Positions 62,040 to 64,000 of a stretch of DNA of 64,000 nt are shown piece after piece. This stretch comes from Octopus sinensis (Eukaryota), in NCBI RefSeq assembly GCF_006345805.1, contig NC_043002.1, forward strand, positions 117,614,001 through 117,678,000, given 5' to 3'. The position numbers were made by a program, and so were the translations under genes. Each line of letters begins with the position of its first letter. The first letter of the stretch is position 1. The notes beneath the pieces were generated by a model. That model saw only the letters and a program-made list of their open reading frames with translations. It was not told where the DNA came from and did no database searches.

Positions 62040-63370
62040 GAGGAGGGTATATTTTGTTGCTATTTCTAGCTCAAACAAATACTGCCCTGTTAGTCTTCTG
62101 TCAGTTGTTAGCAAGCTCTTTGAATGGCTCATCAACAACAGGTTAATTAAGTTTCGTGAAAGCTCAGGACCCTTTGTTGATGTTCAGTATGGCTTTCTTT
62201 GCTCTCATTTCTACTGTTGATCTTCTGACTGTTTCTACAGACTGTATCAACTAATTCATGGATAAATTAGAAGAGGGCTCTGCTCTAGTTCTTGATATAT
62301 TCAAAGGCTTTGATAGAGTTTGGCATGCTGGTTTACTCTAAATCTCTCTACTTATAGTGTATGTGGAAGAGTCTTTGACATTATTAGGTCATTCCTTTCT
62401 GGTAGTTGTGTATATGTGACTCTGAACAGTATAATTTCTTCTGAGTATTCTATCAATGTTGGTGTTCCTCAAGACTCTATTCTTGGTCCAACTCTATTTC
62501 TCCTCTACATCAATGATCTTCCTGCCAATGTTCTTCACTTCATCAATATTTATGCTGATGACATTACTCTTTATTTTGGTTTTCCCAGCAATCCCTCTCT
62601 CTTGAAATGGTTGAAACTTACCAGTAGTCCTCAGGTGTATTTACAGGTTGTTAAGAAATGAGGCAAGAAGTGATTAGTAGCTTTCAACCGTGACAAGACC
62701 AAACTCATGTTTATCAGTGGAAAGTGGGATTCTTACCTTCCTTGTATTTATATGAGTTATAGGTCTGAGGTGAGAGAGTCAAACTACTTGAGGAAAGATC
62801 TCATTTGAAATTGCTTGGTCTTACTTTTTCACCTTATCTTTCTTGGGGTCTAATGTACAATCAATTGGTAGGTCTACTTCCCATAAGACTAGGTCATTGT
62901 ATAAATCAAAGGACTACCTCACATCTGAGGCCATTTTATATCTTTACAAGTCCAGAATTCATCCTAGTATGGAATACTGTTGTCGTATTTGGGTAGATGC
63001 ACCATCTTGTTTCTTGGATCTCATTGACTGGGTTTAGAAGTGAGTCTCTAATTTGACTCTTTTCTCTCTTGCTTCAACTCTGTAATCCATGTCAACATAA
63101 CATCACCAGTCTTAGTCTTTTCTATTGTTGATACAAAAGGTGGTGTCCTGATGAATATTCTCTTTTAATTCCAGATCACTTTATACCATCTCACCTGACT
63201 TGAAACTCACAGCATCTTTTTGTCCAAATGCTATTGTGTTTCCATGGAATCTTTCTACTCTCATAGCCTCTTTCCTTGAACAACCAGACTTTGGAACTCT
63301 CTTCCACCTCATTGTTTTCCTCTTATGATCTGAACTCTTTCGAGTCTAAACTAAATTCATTCCTTATGTC
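62040..63370 (+). pseudogene. Decayed CR1/L2-group LINE RT
   Basis: YCPVSLLSVVSKLFE, LDIFKGFDRVWHAG, GVPQDSILGPTLFLLYINDL and YADD. Confidence 0.8.
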
Positions 63371-64000
63371 TTAACTTCTTGTTCATAGTCCTTTACACTA
63401 AATGGCTTGTTGCCTTATTTAGGACTAAGAAGTATTAAAAAAAATTTCACATCTCTTTTCACTGTCACTGATGGAAAGACAACCACTGTAGTTCCAGACA
63501 CCTCCTCAATGATTCATACAGATGCACTGCTTTCCAATTTAGAATACTCCATACCTCTACCTCATGCTGAAGAACATTATCAAATCTATATTCAGCTTCT
63601 TTCTTAGTTAAATATACCCTGTTATCATTTCTTGCTATCTGTATTCTGCTACTTCCAGGTCTTTCACCATTTATAATTCTACTTTATTTATTCCACAACT
63701 ATGTGTCACCTGTTGTTTATCTGAGATCCTGTTCCACCCACAGAATTGGTCAATGTCTTGAAACTGAGTGTTTACCAGGAATTTCATCTGTTCTCTGTAT
63801 TATAGTTCGCTATTACCCCAACCCTCTACTGTAGTAGATGGCATCTTGTGCATTTTGCAAGTTTCTCTTAACATAGATATCTTTTAACTTCCATCCCTTC
63901 CTTCTTTCTTGCTTCCAATTCTTCTGAAGGTTACTAAGTTGACAATATAATAGATTGGTACAAACTATCAATCTATATTAATGACCCTTAAATAGCAGAC

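Noticed and set aside
63430-63900. Possible decayed LINE RT on the - strand
   Set aside because: No motif could be read with confidence.
1-64000. CRISPR arrays, rRNA, prokaryotic operons
   Set aside because: No repeat-spacer array or rRNA-like sequence; the window is intron-rich eukaryotic DNA.

Overview
Eukaryotic, AT-rich, microsatellite-dense DNA. The SINE repertoire and TA/CA repeat load suggest an octopus (inference; no database check was run). One host gene is visible: the 3' part of a + strand coiled-coil gene resembling CCDC154, as 11 phase-compatible GT-AG coding exons from 2544 to the stop at 46938-46940 (387 aa in this window; the 5' end lies upstream). Its 23.4 kb intron (21416-44798) holds a pile of transposons: a full-length Ty3/Gypsy LTR element with 229-bp LTRs that differ at 2 positions, a SINE inserted in its RT, a probable solo LTR, mariner and maT elements, and RTE LINE fragments. 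CR1-group LINE remnants, MITEs and a Helitron lie elsewhere in the window. The main unexplained signal is about 13 loci that fold by eye into type I hammerhead ribozymes. Most have a palindromic stem/loop III, lie near (TA)n, and many sit in long DNA palindromes. They occur alongside Penelope-like RT and GIY-YIG remnants. Two unrelated families carry a compensatory U3-A8 core (UUGANAA) and two carry CCGAAGA. All folds were done by hand and no activity is shown. No CRISPR, rRNA or genuine tRNA genes were found. There is a 100-N gap at 57751-57850.
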